From: Geosiphon pyriformis uo1
Lineage: Eukaryota > Fungi > Glomeromycota
Assembly (NCBI GenBank): GCA_016748015.1
Contig: JAAOMT010000306.1
Span: 30,602 to 77,537 of the forward strand
Direction of reading: 5' to 3'
DNA length: 46,936 bases
A program made the position numbers and the translations under genes. The notes under the pieces are model-generated. The model was not told where the DNA came from. It searched no databases and was given only the letters and a program-made list of their open reading frames with translations. Positions within the stretch are counted from its first letter, which is position 1, and the number at the start of each line of letters is the position of its first letter. This document shows positions 1-14,100 of the stretch, piece after piece.

Positions 1-400
1 AAAAAATATATTTAAATTAAGTTATAATTTTTAAAAAAAATTTTATAAATATTTTTAAAAAAGTATTTATTTTGGTTTTAAAATTTTTTTTTAATTAATA
101 AAAATTTTATATATATAGTTAAAACTAATAAAAATTAGACAGTATAATAACAAAAAAATAAATTTAAAACTGTATTATTTATGTATATTATTGTTTATAA
201 TTTTAAAAATTCTTTAAATAAATCTAAAAAAATTTATATTATAAATTATATATATTATTATATTTATTTTTTTTATTACAAGTTTTATGAATAAAGTCCA
301 ACTGTTATCTAGTACATAAAACCAAACTAAATAGAACCAACTAAATGCAGCTCACATACAGACTATATATAGCCAGTTACTTGGGTCAGACAAGACAATA

Positions 401-3400
401 CTACACACTTATACTAACAAAAGCATTATCATCCAAACCAGAAAAAAAATGACACAATTTTCGTTTACCAAACCTAACAGCAAAAAATTCTATAACACTA
501 AGCATACAGACAACACTAGCCGACAACATAGAAACTATACTATAAGACAAGCCAGAAACCATACTATTATCCCCAATCAAGCCAGCTCTTTCTATATCTA
601 CTTTATACTTGGCCTTAACAGTCTATACCTTAGTGTGATGCAACTCCACCACAAATTTAATATATTTCATAAGGGCTAAAGCAGCTTTTTTTTTCTCTCA
701 AAAACCAAAACAACTTCAGTATATCAATTTCTTATTATAAAACTCTTGTAAACTACTGTATAAAGACTCATATTTGAAAAACATAACAAAAGTAAATGCA
801 GAATGGCAGATGTAAATAAACTCAAAAGACCAGACATTGACATCTATCTATTAACAGCTTCAATCAAAATGTCCCCACAAAGACCAAAGTCACTAGAACA
901 AGTAAAAACATAATTAGACACCTCCACTTTGCTACACAGCAAGTACAACACTCCAGGATAACTTCTATTATACAACCTCTTCCTAACCACAACTGACAGC
1001 CACCTATAAACAGTTTTCATTAAATAAGTGTACAAATTGGCTAATTTCCTACTGGTAAATTCACAAAGCATATGTGAATCAGAGTGCCAATTTATTATAG
1101 TAGCCTTCCAATTTATTTTCTTAATTATAATATCTGGAATTATATCAAAACCTGGACCAGTCTCCCAATAGGCATGACATATCAATTGGTGTAAGTCTTA
1201 AACAAAATGACAAGCATTACCAGATATGGCAATTCTCTCAGTGATTAGAAATCTTTCCCGAATTTTAACCAGCAAAAAAAAAGATGAGGAAGTAGTCTTA
1301 TTAGCCAATGTGTCAGTCTTAATGTTGCCTGATACATTTAAATGTCTCTTAACTTTTATCCACTTAATTAAAATATTTTTATTCTTGAGAAGATTGATTA
1401 TCTGCAATTTTTTGATCTAATATTGATTATGGAAGTTGGGTGTAGTAAAAAAAGCCTTGGAAATGCAGGCATCAATTGCAAATTGACTATCTGAGTACAA
1501 AACCACAAAGCATGAAGATGGAACACATTTCAAAGCCAATGTTACAGCTTGCAATTCAGTTAAAATAGAAAACAAAAGCCCAGCCACCTTAATTTTAATA
1601 CTCACATTTACAGCCAAAAAGTATGTAGCCATTCCACTCACTACTTTAACAGAACCAGCACATCTTAAAGACCCATCTGTATAAACCTCAATGCAATTAG
1701 ACCACACCTTTAGTAAATTATTACAAATATTAGAAAACTTATTAGAATTCAAAACACTCAACACATTTTCTCTAGTAGTAATAATAGCTCTAACCTCCAA
1801 AGAAACAGATTTGTTCATAAAATCAGACATTAATAAAAACCAGTAAGGCACAAAGCCCCTTGGGTCCAATTGCTTTCAACACCAAAATGTTTTCCAGTTC
1901 AACACTTTTTTTTTCTTGTTAAAAATTCTGTTATCAAATGCAACACCAAATTGCTTTAATAAAAAAACAGAATTGTAATACAAGAACTGATCCAGAATGT
2001 TAGACATCAGAAAATTACCAGACTCACAAAAAGCACAAGGCAGATTGTTTGCCAATGACAATTCATTCTCCAAAAAAATTTTCACCACCCCTGTTAAAAA
2101 ATTGTTCACAGAACTAACATACAACCTAACAAGAAATTGTAAAAGATTTAGAAAAGACCATTCCAAAACTTGCAAATCCAAAAATTTATGATCAAATAAA
2201 CATTCAAGAATGCCATAGCCATTGGAAAATAAAATCAGTGACACTAGTTTTCCTTCAAACTATATTTGCTTAAAAGATTTCAAACTATACAAAGAAGAAC
2301 AGTACAAGACCTTATTAGAAAAGTCACGTGGTAAACCAGTTTTGGCTCTAAGACTCTTTCTAATTATGATATCTCACTTATAACACACATCTAAAAAAAT
2401 AAAACTAAACTGCATACAATAACTAATTATGAGTTGCAAGACTGCCAAAACCAAATAACAGAATAGTTTGTCTATAATAGCTTTTCTTAACACTATATTA
2501 GAAAAAAACCTGACATTCACATAAGCTTGAACCAAACTGGGCTTAAAAAGACCCTCAGTTAACAGAAAAATACCCAAATATTGGTGTAATTCACCCTTTT
2601 TAATAATTGCAATTGGTGATTTATTGATCAATAGCAAAGCATTTTTAATTCCTTAATTAATGGGAATAGTTACCATCTTATCATTATTAATTGAGATATT
2701 ATTGATTTCAAAAAACTTACTTGCAATATTCAAAATATATTGTGTAAATGCCTAAAAACTTTTGACCCAAATTGTATCATCAATAAAGACACCAGCAGCC
2801 AAAAAAAAAGTCTTTTCTCCACTTGTCTCAATCTTGCCAGACTTTACCATAAACCTAAAATCAATTTTGTACTTACATAAGTGCTTATGTCTTTTTACTT
2901 TGCACAAAAGTGGATCATAAAAGATCCTCTAAAGTAGTAGAGAAAAAATCTCTTTCTGATCCAACTTATCATATATCCTATAGCCTTCCAAGAGCCCAAA
3001 GTTTATCATTACTCTGTTGACCCAATTTTTATGAATGTTACCAAAAAATTGGATAAAACATTCACACATTTTAATGTGATACAAGCTTGCTCACAAATAA
3101 TGCCAGCCTATTGAATCATAAGCTTTATACATATCTTGCAGTACCAACCAAAGCTTTCTATTTTTCTTCAGAACATTTTCAACAACTGATCTAATTAGAG
3201 ACTGGATCAAAATATTCTTTAACACCAAAAAATTGTCACCACAAAAAACATTAAACCTGCTACAAGCCAAAGATATCTGATCAAATAGAATCTTAGATAG
3301 TATTTTACATATTGTATTGACTAATGCGATAAGTCTAGTATTTGTCAGAATACCATTTTACTTGTAAGGTTTTGAGATCATTAAAACCCATGCTTTTTTT

Positions 3401-5063
3401 TAAGAACCAAGAACTGCACTTAGACTTAAACACAAATTCAACAGTCTCAACAAACAAACCAAAACCTCCTCACCACAATGCTTCCAAAGTTTATTAAGTA
3501 TCTTCAACCCAGCTGCTTTATCATTTGGCAAATTATCAACAATCAAAGACAATTTTTCCAAACCAATTTTATTCATAACATCAGAGAAAGCATTATCATT
3601 TACATAATTTAGAGACATATATTGTTGAGACCAAAAGTCTGGCATTTTTGGAAAAACTGATCACTTCCTTGTTTATCTTTTCATAATTTCATCAACTTTG
3701 AGCTTTACTTTATTAGACTCAACCACCAGCTCATTATTTACTACCAAGTGATTCAAAACTACCTTGTAAAATAGACGTTTCAGAATGCTTTTTATTATCT
3801 GTTCTTTGTCAAAACAGAAGTTTTCCATATAATGGTCAATTGTCTTTCTAATAGTTATATTCTTAGCAATCTTAGATTCACAATACTTAGACCTTCAATA
3901 CTTTTTTCTTATTATCAACAAATGTTTAATCAAATTCATTAAGCTTACACTGTTCAAAACTATGTTATCAACTTTGGAAGCTTCAATTCCATCAATAGCC
4001 AACTAAATCTTAATAAAGCAGTTGAAATTCAATAGATCACCAGAATTCCAACATTTCACAATTTTTATAACAAGCAGTTCTAATTTAAAGAATTTTGAAG
4101 ATTGTTTATTCCTCAAACAGTTATATTCACTATATCAAATCTTAGAAAAAACTACATTGACAGCTTGTATTACAGCTTTCTTCAGTATTTTTCATATTGT
4201 ATTTAGGTTACTATTGTTTCTTGCCTCCTTAAACATATTTGACTTAATCAACAATTCAACAAAAGAATAGTCTTTAAAGCTCAACCATTGAATATTATCC
4301 ACATTTTCTAATTTGAACTTTCACCAGTTTTGGTTGGCTTGTTGATAAATGCTGATAAGATAGGCATCCAATAGTCCAACCAAACCAATTGAAACTAAAA
4401 CTGACTTATGATTTGTATTAAAAAACTCAGACACATTATTGACTTTATGTGATGCAATTACAGATGCCAAATTTCTACTTACTAGAATAAAATTAATTAC
4501 TTTTTCAACATCTCTAGAATTGCTTCAGGTAAAAGCTTTGGCCAGTAAGTGTTCATTTAAAGTGTTAACTAGGTCTAAACCCAAACAGAACTTGAAACTT
4601 GTACTTTTCTTAAATTTATTCTTATTAAAATCACCACCCAAAATCACAAAAAAGCTGGAATTGACTGTCTTAAAAATCATAGAATTAATATCAGCAGCTT
4701 GACTAAAATGTGTGCCAATAGATACACCAGTATACAGATCCAAAATTATAATTAAAAGCTTGTTTTTGAACAGAAAGTGCACAAAAATTAAATAACCAGA
4801 AATCTCATTCACTTTTAACACATACCAAACCAAAAAATTATTCATAATTATAACAACTCTAGCACCATAAAACCCAACATTTAATTCAGTAGTAAAAACC
4901 CAAGTTCCATCAAACTTATTCATAATCTCAATTTTGTCTTAGTAACAATAGAAATCATGCTATCTAAATCTTTATACCAATGAACAATATTTTCTTGTTT
5001 AGCTAAATTTGTTATACCCCTAATATTGCATGTAGTCACTTTTCAAATAAGCTTATTTATTAA
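401..5063 (-). pseudogene. LINE ORF2 (APE endonuclease - reverse transcriptase - RNase H - CCHC), many stops and frameshifts
   Basis: APE motifs: TCNIRG (~5020-5040) and LGGDFN (ORF 4525-4923). RT motifs: DKAAG (ORF 3400-3645), LVLQDxYKAYDS (~3115-3150), FIDDTIW (~2767-2790). RNase H motifs: IEVYTDGSL, TELQAV, YSDSQ, WIKVKRH (1198-1869). C-terminal YLLCSKVEVSNYVFTC is a degenerate CCHC (ORF 844-1185). Confidence 0.9.
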
Positions 5064-5074
5064 TACAAAAAATA

Positions 5075-6912
5075 TATTAAAAAACCCAGATTTATGTACA
5101 ACAAATCTAAATTCCCTAAAATTAAGCTGATAGAAACTTCAAGAGCCACTATCTTAGATTCCAAACCACCAACTTTGGAAGTGAGGACCTTCAAACTACT
5201 TAGACCCAAATCTACAACCTTTTTTTCTATTACTGGAGAGGAAAGAAGAAAGGATAGTTATAAAACATTCAGAATTATATTAGCATCAGATGTCAACAAC
5301 ATAGAACCAGGAACAATTGGAGACATAACCTAAGTAACAGACACTAGGGGCACTAGTTTCATACTATTTAATTTGTGCACAATATCAGACATTTGATCAG
5401 CCAGCAATTCTAAAAAATGTTCTAGCAAAGTTAGGCAATTGATGATTAAGAAGCCATTTTAAACAACCAGTGTACTTTTTTTAATACTCAAAGAACCAGA
5501 AGAAAAAAAACCAGACCCAAAGCCAGAATTGAAATAAAAATCACTAAAAGAAAAAACAAGTGACATTATCTGTGTCCAAAACTTGCCACCAAAGGCAGCA
5601 GATCTAAAAATAAGAACACTTTTCTTTGCATACAACTTCACTAGCTGAAGACAACATTCCTTTAAAAAGATTTTTATAACAGATTTTAAAAACTTGGAGG
5701 TGGACATAGTTGGTATGTTACATTCCAAAACAAAATGACCAAAGCACTCACACTTTTTACAATAAACCAAATCCAATTTAGCCGAAGGATGTTTAACACC
5801 ACTAAATATTGGCTCAGTGCAATATGCAGATTCCAATTCCTTTTCAGATTTGAAACCAATCACAGCATAGCAAATCCAGTTGCCAGTATTAAATAAGCAA
5901 TTAATAATACATGTTTTCTCACCAGTTCCATCCAATAGAGTGCCCAAATTATAAGCAATCATTTCTATGGGCAAAGTAAATAACAGAGCTCTGAACTAAT
6001 TCCTTGATGCCCAGATATCATAGTCACTCATAACCATAGCCACACACACTAAATTCTTTTCAATCAAGAAGAACCATTTAGCAGCCAACTACTTAGCTTG
6101 ATCTAATTTAGCAAATTCTACTACAGCTTTTTGCCACAAACCAATGAATTGAATTTTGATTGACTTAATTTCCCCAAATTCAGTTACTGCAATAACAATT
6201 ATATTCTTTAGTGTATCCATGGGAATTTTTTTTATGACCACAGTCTGATCTGAACACATTCTTTGTTTTTTGAGATCAGTGTTTACAACAATTTCTTTTT
6301 TTCTGGCCAATAATGCAGCTTTTTTTATGCTGCTCTCTAAGGTGAAAATAGATCTGATAATTTTTTCAAATTTTGAGAGGATAGTGGCCTCTTCAAAACC
6401 ATTGATTGATAAAAAAATTTTTCTGACAAACTAAGTTTTTGCTGTTACTGATTTTCTTTCCACAGTTAAAAGATTAATATCCAAAGCAAAAAATTTTTTA
6501 ATAGACACTTTGACCTGAGTTTTCACTATTTTAGAATCAACCCACTTTCTGTCAAAAAAGATATTGAAAGAAGAGAGGCGATAAACCATATTATTATCTA
6601 TTCCAAAGTCAATAGTACTAATAGGAGAACTACTAATCAAATTATTACAGACTCTTTTAGCTTTGGGAATTGTTGCAGCTAAACTAATAAAAAAAACCAC
6701 TACTTAAATTCATCACAGTACTACCAAGCTTATTGTCACTCAACTCACTGTCTATATCCAAATACATGCTATTACTAACATCAGATTTGGTTAGAGAAAT
6801 TTTTTTTCATCACCAGAGTGTTTAATATTGCCCACAAAAACTTTTTTTTTTTAAGAAAAAGTACCACTAATAAGACTATAAAAGGCACTTTTTGAAGCTT
6901 TTTTTTAGACAT
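5075..6912 (-). pseudogene. LINE ORF1 (RRM-like domains plus zinc knuckle), degenerate
   Basis: RRM-like segments VVIKKIPMDT...EFGEIKSIKIQ...KAVVEF (6089-6310) and LLFTLP...YAVIGFKS. CCHC knuckle CKKCECFGHFVLEC (ORF 5459-5974). Lies upstream of ORF2; homologous to 30983-31995 and 41561-42210. Confidence 0.8.
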
Positions 6913-7913
6913 ACTGCCACTTAAAGCAGTCTCCAGATTTATTACAAAAGAGTTATTAGCTTGAAAAATGTTGAAAATAATAAAGCAAGCAAGATAAAAA
7001 ACAAAAACTTCTTTTTCAAAAAATTGCTCTTTGAAGAATTTGAACAAAGGAAAGAAAGAAGTTTTTTATTATTATTATTAATAAAATATAAAATATAATT
7101 ATTTATTTTAAAAATAAAAAAATTTTTAATCAAATTTATTATATTATTTGTGTTTTTAATAAAAATTAATTTTTAATGAATTAAATTTTATTTAATTTAA
7201 TATAAAACTTATAAATATTTTAAATATTTTAAATTCAAATATAATTTTTTTATAAAATTTTTTAAAATTAATTAGTCTTATTTTATTAATTTTTATGTCA
7301 AAAAAAATGTTTTTATCTTCTATATAATCATTTTTAATAATAAATTATGAATTTAAATAGTTGTTGGCCAAATTTTTGGTTATAATATATTTTATTTAAT
7401 TTATTTTTTTATTAATAATTTTTAAATAAATTTTTAAAAATATATTATTAAGTTTTTGTCTAATTAAATCTTATTAATATTTTAAGCTAGATATTATATT
7501 TTTATTTGCTGTTTTTTTTCAGTTTACAGCTTTTTTTAATGTTAATTTTTAATTTTAATATGATTTTAGACAATATTTTTAAGAAAACTATTAATATATT
7601 GTTTATAAACTTTAGTATTTCTGTTTTTATAATATTTAAATTAAAATATTTTAAAGCTAAATTGACTAAACTTTCAGATTTTTAATATTGTGTTATTAAA
7701 ACTTAATAAAATATTAAAAATAAGTTTAAATACTTTTTTTTAATAATTAATTTAATTTAAAAAATTATTATATGCAATATTTTTTTTATTAAGCAATTAA
7801 TAAGTAAAGTTTAACTGCTATCTAGTACATAGAACCAAACTAAGTGAAACACACTAAATGCAGCTTATGTATTTACTATATGTGACCAGCCATTTGGGCC
7901 GAACAAAGCAACA

Positions 7914-10900
7914 CTATACATCTATGCTAATAAAAGCATTACCACCTAAACCAAAAAAAAAACAGCACAATCTGCACCTACCAAAACTGATAACAAAAGA
8001 TTTTAAAACACCAAATAAATAAACTATCCCATCTAATAACATAAACACCACACAATAAAACAGGCCTGAAATCATGTTACCATCCTTAACCAAACCAGCT
8101 TTCTTTAGATCCATCCTGTACTTGGACTTAACAAATCACATCTTAGCATAAAACAATTCAACCACAAACTTAACATATTTAACAATAGTTAAAGCAGTCT
8201 TTCTTTTCTCTTCAAAAACTAATGCAGTCTTACTGTCCAATCTATTTCTCCAATCATGGCACCCGAAATAATATTAAAACCAGGACTGGTCTTCTAATGA
8301 GCATGACAAATTAATTGATACAGATCATAAACAAAATAATAAGCATTGCCTAATACAGCAGTGTTTTTAGCAACCAAAAACTGTTCTTGAATCCCAACTG
8401 GCAAAAAATTTGAAGAGAAAGCAGCCTCTTCTGCCAACTTATTAGCCCTAATATTGTTCAGGATTCTTAAATGCACTTTAATTTTCATTTATTTAACAGA
8501 AATGTTTTTATTTCTAATAAGATTAATGATATGCACTCTTTCAATTCAGCATTGATTATAGAAGTCAGACATTGCCATTGAGGTCTCCAACATACAAGCA
8601 TCAATTACAAATTGGCTGTTAAAATACAAAATTACAGAACAAGAAAAAAGAATACATTCCAAGACCAAAGCAATGGCTTGTAATTCAGCCAAAGTGGAAG
8701 ACAAAAGTTCAAAGACTCTAATCCCAATATCTATGTCTGTAGCTGGAAAATAGGCAGCTGCACCACTTGCCATCTCAACCAAACCAGCATTTTTTAAGGA
8801 CCCATTTGTGTAGATCTCAATACAATTCGACCAAACCTTCAAAAAACTACCACTAATATTAGCAAAAACCTTAGAATTCAAAACATTTAGCACCATTAAC
8901 TTATGAGTTTTGGTGAAAACAACCTCTAAAGAAGCATGTTTGCTCATAAATTTAGCCACCAAAATAAATCAGTAGGGAACAGAGCCTCTCAAATCTAATT
9001 TTTTCTACCAACAAAACGTTTTTCAGTCCATCAATTTCCCTCTTTTGTCCAAAAGTCTATCACCAAAAGCAATACCAAATTGCTTCAAAGAGAGAACAGA
9101 ATTATAGTATAAAGAATGTCTTAGGACACCAGATATTGGAAACCTGCCAGACTCTTAAAAAGCACTGGGCAAATTGTTTGTCAAAGATATCTCATTTTTT
9201 AAAAAGATTCTTATTACACCAGCTAGAAAATTATTCACCAGGCTAATTTTTAACTTGACAGGGTGCTGCAAAAGTTTCAAAGAAGACCACCCCAAAATCT
9301 GTAAATCCAAAAACCTATGTTCAAATAAATATCCAAAAATGTCACAGGCATTGGAAAAAAAAACCAGCATAATCAACTTTTCTTCAGATTATATTTGCTC
9401 AAAAAGTTTTAAATCATACAAAAAAGAGTGATGTAAAACTTCATTTGGAAAATCACATGACAAACCAGTCTTAGATCTGAAACTTTTTTTGACCATAACA
9501 TTTTATTTGTGATATACACTTAATGAAACATAACTAAACTGCATTTGATAACCAACTATAGATTAAAGAACAGCCAAGACCAAATAAGAGAATTGTTTAT
9601 CTGTAATAGCTTTTTTAAGCACCACATTTAAAAAAACCCTAACATTCACATGAGCTTGGGCTATACTAAGCTTAAAGAGACCTTCTGTAGACAAAAAAAT
9701 GCTCAAGTACCTGTGTGATTCACTCTGTTTAGCAATTGAAATTAACAAACTATTAATTAAAAGTAAGGCAATCTTGACACCTTGATTGATAGAAATAGCC
9801 ACTGTCTTATTATTATTAATAGAAATATTATTAACAACAAAGAACCTGCTAACAATATCCAAAATGTTCTGTGTAGAAGTCTGACAGCTCTCAGTCCAAA
9901 TTGTGTTATCAACAAAGGCACCAGCAGCCAAAAAAAAAGTTCTCTCTCTAACAGCTTCAACTCAGCCAGTTTTTGCCACAAACTTTGTATCAATATGGTA
10001 GCCACACAAGTGTTTATGTTTCTTAATTTCACATAAAAGTGGATCATAAAATATCTGCCAAAGAAGTGGAAAAAAAACCTCACCTTAATTCAAACCATTA
10101 TGTACTCTGTAATTATTCAAGAGGCCAAAATCTATTATTACTCTATTGATATGATTTCCATGAATGCTGCCAAAAAACTTGATAAACTGACTGCATATCT
10201 TAATGTGATGCAAACTAGTTCTCAAATGATGCCAGTTAACAGAGTCATAAGTCTTGTGTATATCTTGCAATACTAACCAAAGTTTTTTATTCTTTTTCAA
10301 AACATTTTCAACAACTAAACCAATAGCAAAAATTGAAGACTAAATCAAAGTACTTTTTAAAACTGAAAAATTGTTTCCACAAAAAACATTAAATCTGCTC
10401 CATGCTGAAGATATCTAATCAGAAAGAATCTTGGACAAAATTTTCTGGACAGTCTCAATCAGAGCAATAGGCCTAGTATTAGTCAAGACACTATTCTATT
10501 TATAGGGTTTTGGGATCATTGAAACCCATGCTCTCTTCCAAGGAATTGGAACAGCACTCAAAGTCAAGCACAAATTCAACAGCTTTAAGAGACAAGCCAA
10601 CACTTTACTACCACAGTGCTTCCAAAGTTCATTAGGTATTCCCAATAAACTGACAGCCTTATTGTTTGGCAAATCACTAACAACCAAAAAGAGCTCTTTC
10701 ATATTAATTTCTTTTATTACACCAAAAAAGACATTATTGCATATATGATCCAGAGGCATATATTAATAAGACCAAAAGTCAGGCATCTTTAGAAGAACTG
10801 TCTGCTTTTTTGTCTACCCTTCTATGATTTTATTCACCTTAAGTTTCACTTTATCAGATTCAACTAACAACTTATCTTCAATTACTAAGTGATCCAAAAC

Positions 10901-11586
10901 AATCTTGTGAAATAGATATTCAAGAATATTCTTAATTATCTGTTCCTTGTCTGCGCAAAAGTTTTTTATGTGTTGCTTAATTGCCTTTCTAATAGCTGCA
11001 TCCTCAAACATCTTTGATTCAAGATACTTAGACTTTTAATATCTTTTCTTGACTATTGACAAATGTTTGATTAGATCCATTAAACTTACACTAACCAGAA
11101 CTATATCAACTATCTTAGATAACTCAATCTTATCAATAACTGACCAGACTCCAATGAGATGATCAAACTCTTAAAGATCTTCAGAACTCCAAACTTTCAC
11201 AATTTTTGCAACAAGCAGCTCCAATTTGAAAAACTTTGAAAATTGTTTGTTTTTTGAGCAATTATATTCACTGTACTAATGTCTAAAAAACACCACATCA
11301 GCAGCCTATACCAAGACATCTTTCAGCACTAACCATATAGTATCTAAATCACTATCATTTTTTGCATTCTTAAACATGTTTAATCTCACCAACAACTCAA
11401 CAGAAGTTTACTTCTTAAAATACAACCAATGGGTTTTATTTACATGTTCTATCTTGAACTTCTACCAGTTCTGATTGGCCTGTTTGCAAGCACTGTTAAA
11501 ATAAGCATTCAAGAGTCTTTTCAAACCAACTACAACTAAAATTGCTTTATGATCTGTATCAAAAAATTCCAACACATTATTGACAT
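7914..11586 (-). pseudogene. LINE copy 2 ORF2, 3' part (RT, RNase H)
   Basis: Motifs NNKAVSLLGIPNELWK, LVLQDIHKTYDS, GAFVDNTIW, IEIYTNGSL, STLAELQAI; same C-terminus as copy 1. Confidence 0.88.
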
Positions 11587-11816
11587 TGTTACTCATAGAA
11601 TATAGAGAGTATATTAACATATAAATTAGCCAATTAGAAGTGGCTGTAGTAAATGTAAAATTCTAGGATTTCTCTTAAAAAAAATCATAGGATTCTAGGA
11701 ATTTCAGGATTCTTGTACAAGAAATCACAGGATTTCAGAATTTTAGAATTCTTTTCAAGAGGAATTGCAGGATTTCTGGTGTGAAGAATTGAGGAATTGA
11801 GGAATCTCAATTATGT

Positions 11817-12506
11817 TGTTATGGTTGAAACTCATAGTTTTTATTAGTTATCACATATATTAGTCATTAATGTCATATAATTAGCCACCCTATTTTTAGA
11901 TAGTGATTATTGATCTGATCAATAACTTGACCATTAATCTGATTATTGACCTGATCAATGACCTAGTCGTTAACCATTTTCAATAGCTATATAAGTAATA
12001 AGTCTCTTAGCTATAGAAAATTATGTCAAAAATTAAGGAATTAAATAAATAAAATAACAACTTTCATCTCAATTATTCTCTTATCGCTAATTTCTCTTTT
12101 CTTACCTTCAAGTATCCGAACATCTTTGGAATAAAAGATTACTTGTTGGTGTTTACCTGTCTTTTTCCTGAAATGATTAATTGTAGTATTTGAAGATTAT
12201 TAAATAAAATGTAACTGAAAAGCATATCTGATACTTGATATTGAATTCTAAGAGTGCCAACGTGAGGCATAGAATTATACCAAGCATAATCATTTGTTGA
12301 CAGTACAGACTATTCCTCTACCTTCAGATTCTCTAGTTATTTTTGAAAAGAATAGTGACTGTGATATTTTATAAGACTGATCTCGCACATTAAATCCATA
12401 CTTATTTAATTCACTCTTTGAAGTTGAATTTTTTTTGATTATTTTCATCACCTTACAATCCTGTTCTCCCTTGCTATCCATTAGCTTGTTATTCTAACCC
12501 ATAAAA
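11817..12506 (+). repeat. 5' LTR of Gypsy A
   Basis: Direct repeat of 18829-19560; starts tgttatggttgaaactcatag. Confidence 0.92.
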
Positions 12507-12512
12507 TAAAAG

Positions 12513-12529
12513 TGGTGCTCTCTATAAGG
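12513..12529 (+). other. Primer binding site of Gypsy A
   Basis: tggtgctctctataagg, 6 nt after the 5' LTR; similar to the PBS of B and C. Confidence 0.7.
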
Positions 12530-12559
12530 TTGTCAAAATTCACTTATTTCCTCATTATA

Positions 12560-14100
12560 TAGGTAATTACTCATATCTGCCACAGCAATCAGAAGAACAC
12601 TTTGCAGCACACAATAGAAACAATTCAGACTTTATTGAACTCAATCTCCTGCCCTTCTGCTTGATCTGCTTTCCTGTTGAAGAACAATCTAGTAGACAAT
12701 TCCAAGACTTTTAGAACTGGTTTCTGAACAAGCATTCAGCTGAAACTTACACAGCCTATACAATCTATTATTTTGACCAAACTTATTTTGAAGACACTTT
12801 TGAAAAAAGAAACAACAGCATTAATCAGCTCTTATACTTAACAACTTTTGAACAACAGTCCCCTGATTTCGAATATCTGAACCACCAAATTCACATTTGG
12901 ATTACTGCCCACCAATTAGCTATAACTTCCTTTGAAACAGAAGAAGAAAGCTACCAAACTGCTCCTATTTTTGATATCTTCTCAAGCAATTCAGATCATT
13001 CCACCCAAACAGTAACTCCTGAACCAATAATTAATAACCCCATACAAGCAAACATCCTGGCCACTCTTCAAGACATACAAACTGCTTTGGGGCAAAGAAA
13101 CAATGCCTCATTACCACTATTCAGAAGTGATGCACAAGATTTAATTGAATGGTTAGATGACTTTGAAAAAGCAGCTATAGCCAACTAATATGATAATGAA
13201 TACAAGTTTCAAATTATTGGTGGCTATTTCCAAGGCTTCCCTGCCACATGGTTCTCACAAAAAACTGATGCTGGTGCTTACCAAAGAATTATTAGATGGA
13301 CACCAACAAATGCTAAAGAAAAAAACATTTTCTTTACTATCTGGTTTGAAAACAAATTCAGAACTCCAATCTTAATATCCAAATAGTGAATGGAGTTAGA
13401 AAGAAAAACCCAAAGTTCTGGTGAAGTTGTGACTGAATATGCCAAAGCAATCAGAAAATTGATCAAGTGAGTAGACTTTAGAAGAAATTAGACAGAAAAG
13501 CAGAAAATACATTCCTTCACAAAAGGATTAAGAACAGACTTTTCATATGTTCTTTGGCCCCTCCTGGCCCTGAAAGATAATCCTACAATGGATATGGCCA
13601 TTGAACTTGTCCAGAGAATAAAAGACAATCAAAGAATGCATTTGGGACCCATACTTCCAGTTTTTGCTCCAGCTCTTGTCATAACTTCTGCTCCACAAAT
13701 AGCTACTACTTCTTTTGCTGTTCAAATACAAGATCCCAATGAACAATTAATAGATAAACTTATAGTTAATCTTGTTTGGTTACTGGAACTGTTAGCTTAA
13801 GCAGTCAGAAAAAACTAACAACTCCAAAGATCTAGATATGAACCACGCTTCAATCAGCCCCAGCAACCACTATATCAAAGACAGCAAAATTGTGGTCCAC
13901 CTGTGTGTTATCATTGTGGACTAACTGGACATTTTTCCAAAGACTGTAACAATTCTCCATTGCCCCCTCTAGCTTTTAGAAATAATGACACCCAGAATAA
14001 CAAACCTAACAATATTAATTAAAGACCTAATCATGCCAACATCAATTTTTTTGGAGAGAATCCCTTGGTTGAAGCTACTGTTTATCAGCCTTTAAACTGA
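12560..14100 (+). pseudogene. gag: Gypsy A gag (N-terminal extension, capsid-like domain, CCHC knuckle)
   Basis: PLFRSDAQDLIEWLDDFEKA...TQSSGEVVTEYAKAIRKL...FTKGL; CYHCGLTGHFSKDC at 13906-13947; the frame ends at TGA 14098-14100. The start position is uncertain. Confidence 0.8.

Larger units (their letters stand above)
267..7067 (-). mobile_element. Non-LTR retrotransposon (LINE) copy 1, near full length, degenerate
   Basis: Carries ORF1 and ORF2 remnants (APE, RT, RNase H, CCHC). Both termini match copy 2: 3' end T8+attacaagttttatgaataaag vs T7+attaagcaattaataagtaaag; 5' end aaagaagtttttt at 7055-7067 and 42325-42337. Short poly(A) tail at 267-274. Confidence 0.92.

Noticed and set aside
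254-7080. TSD for LINE copy 1 (attattatattta / attattattatta)
   Set aside because: The match is low-complexity and imperfect, so it cannot be distinguished from chance.
1226-10036. Plus-strand ORFs over the LINEs and antisense ORFs over the Gypsy elements
   Set aside because: They are shadow ORFs opposite recognisable TE coding frames.
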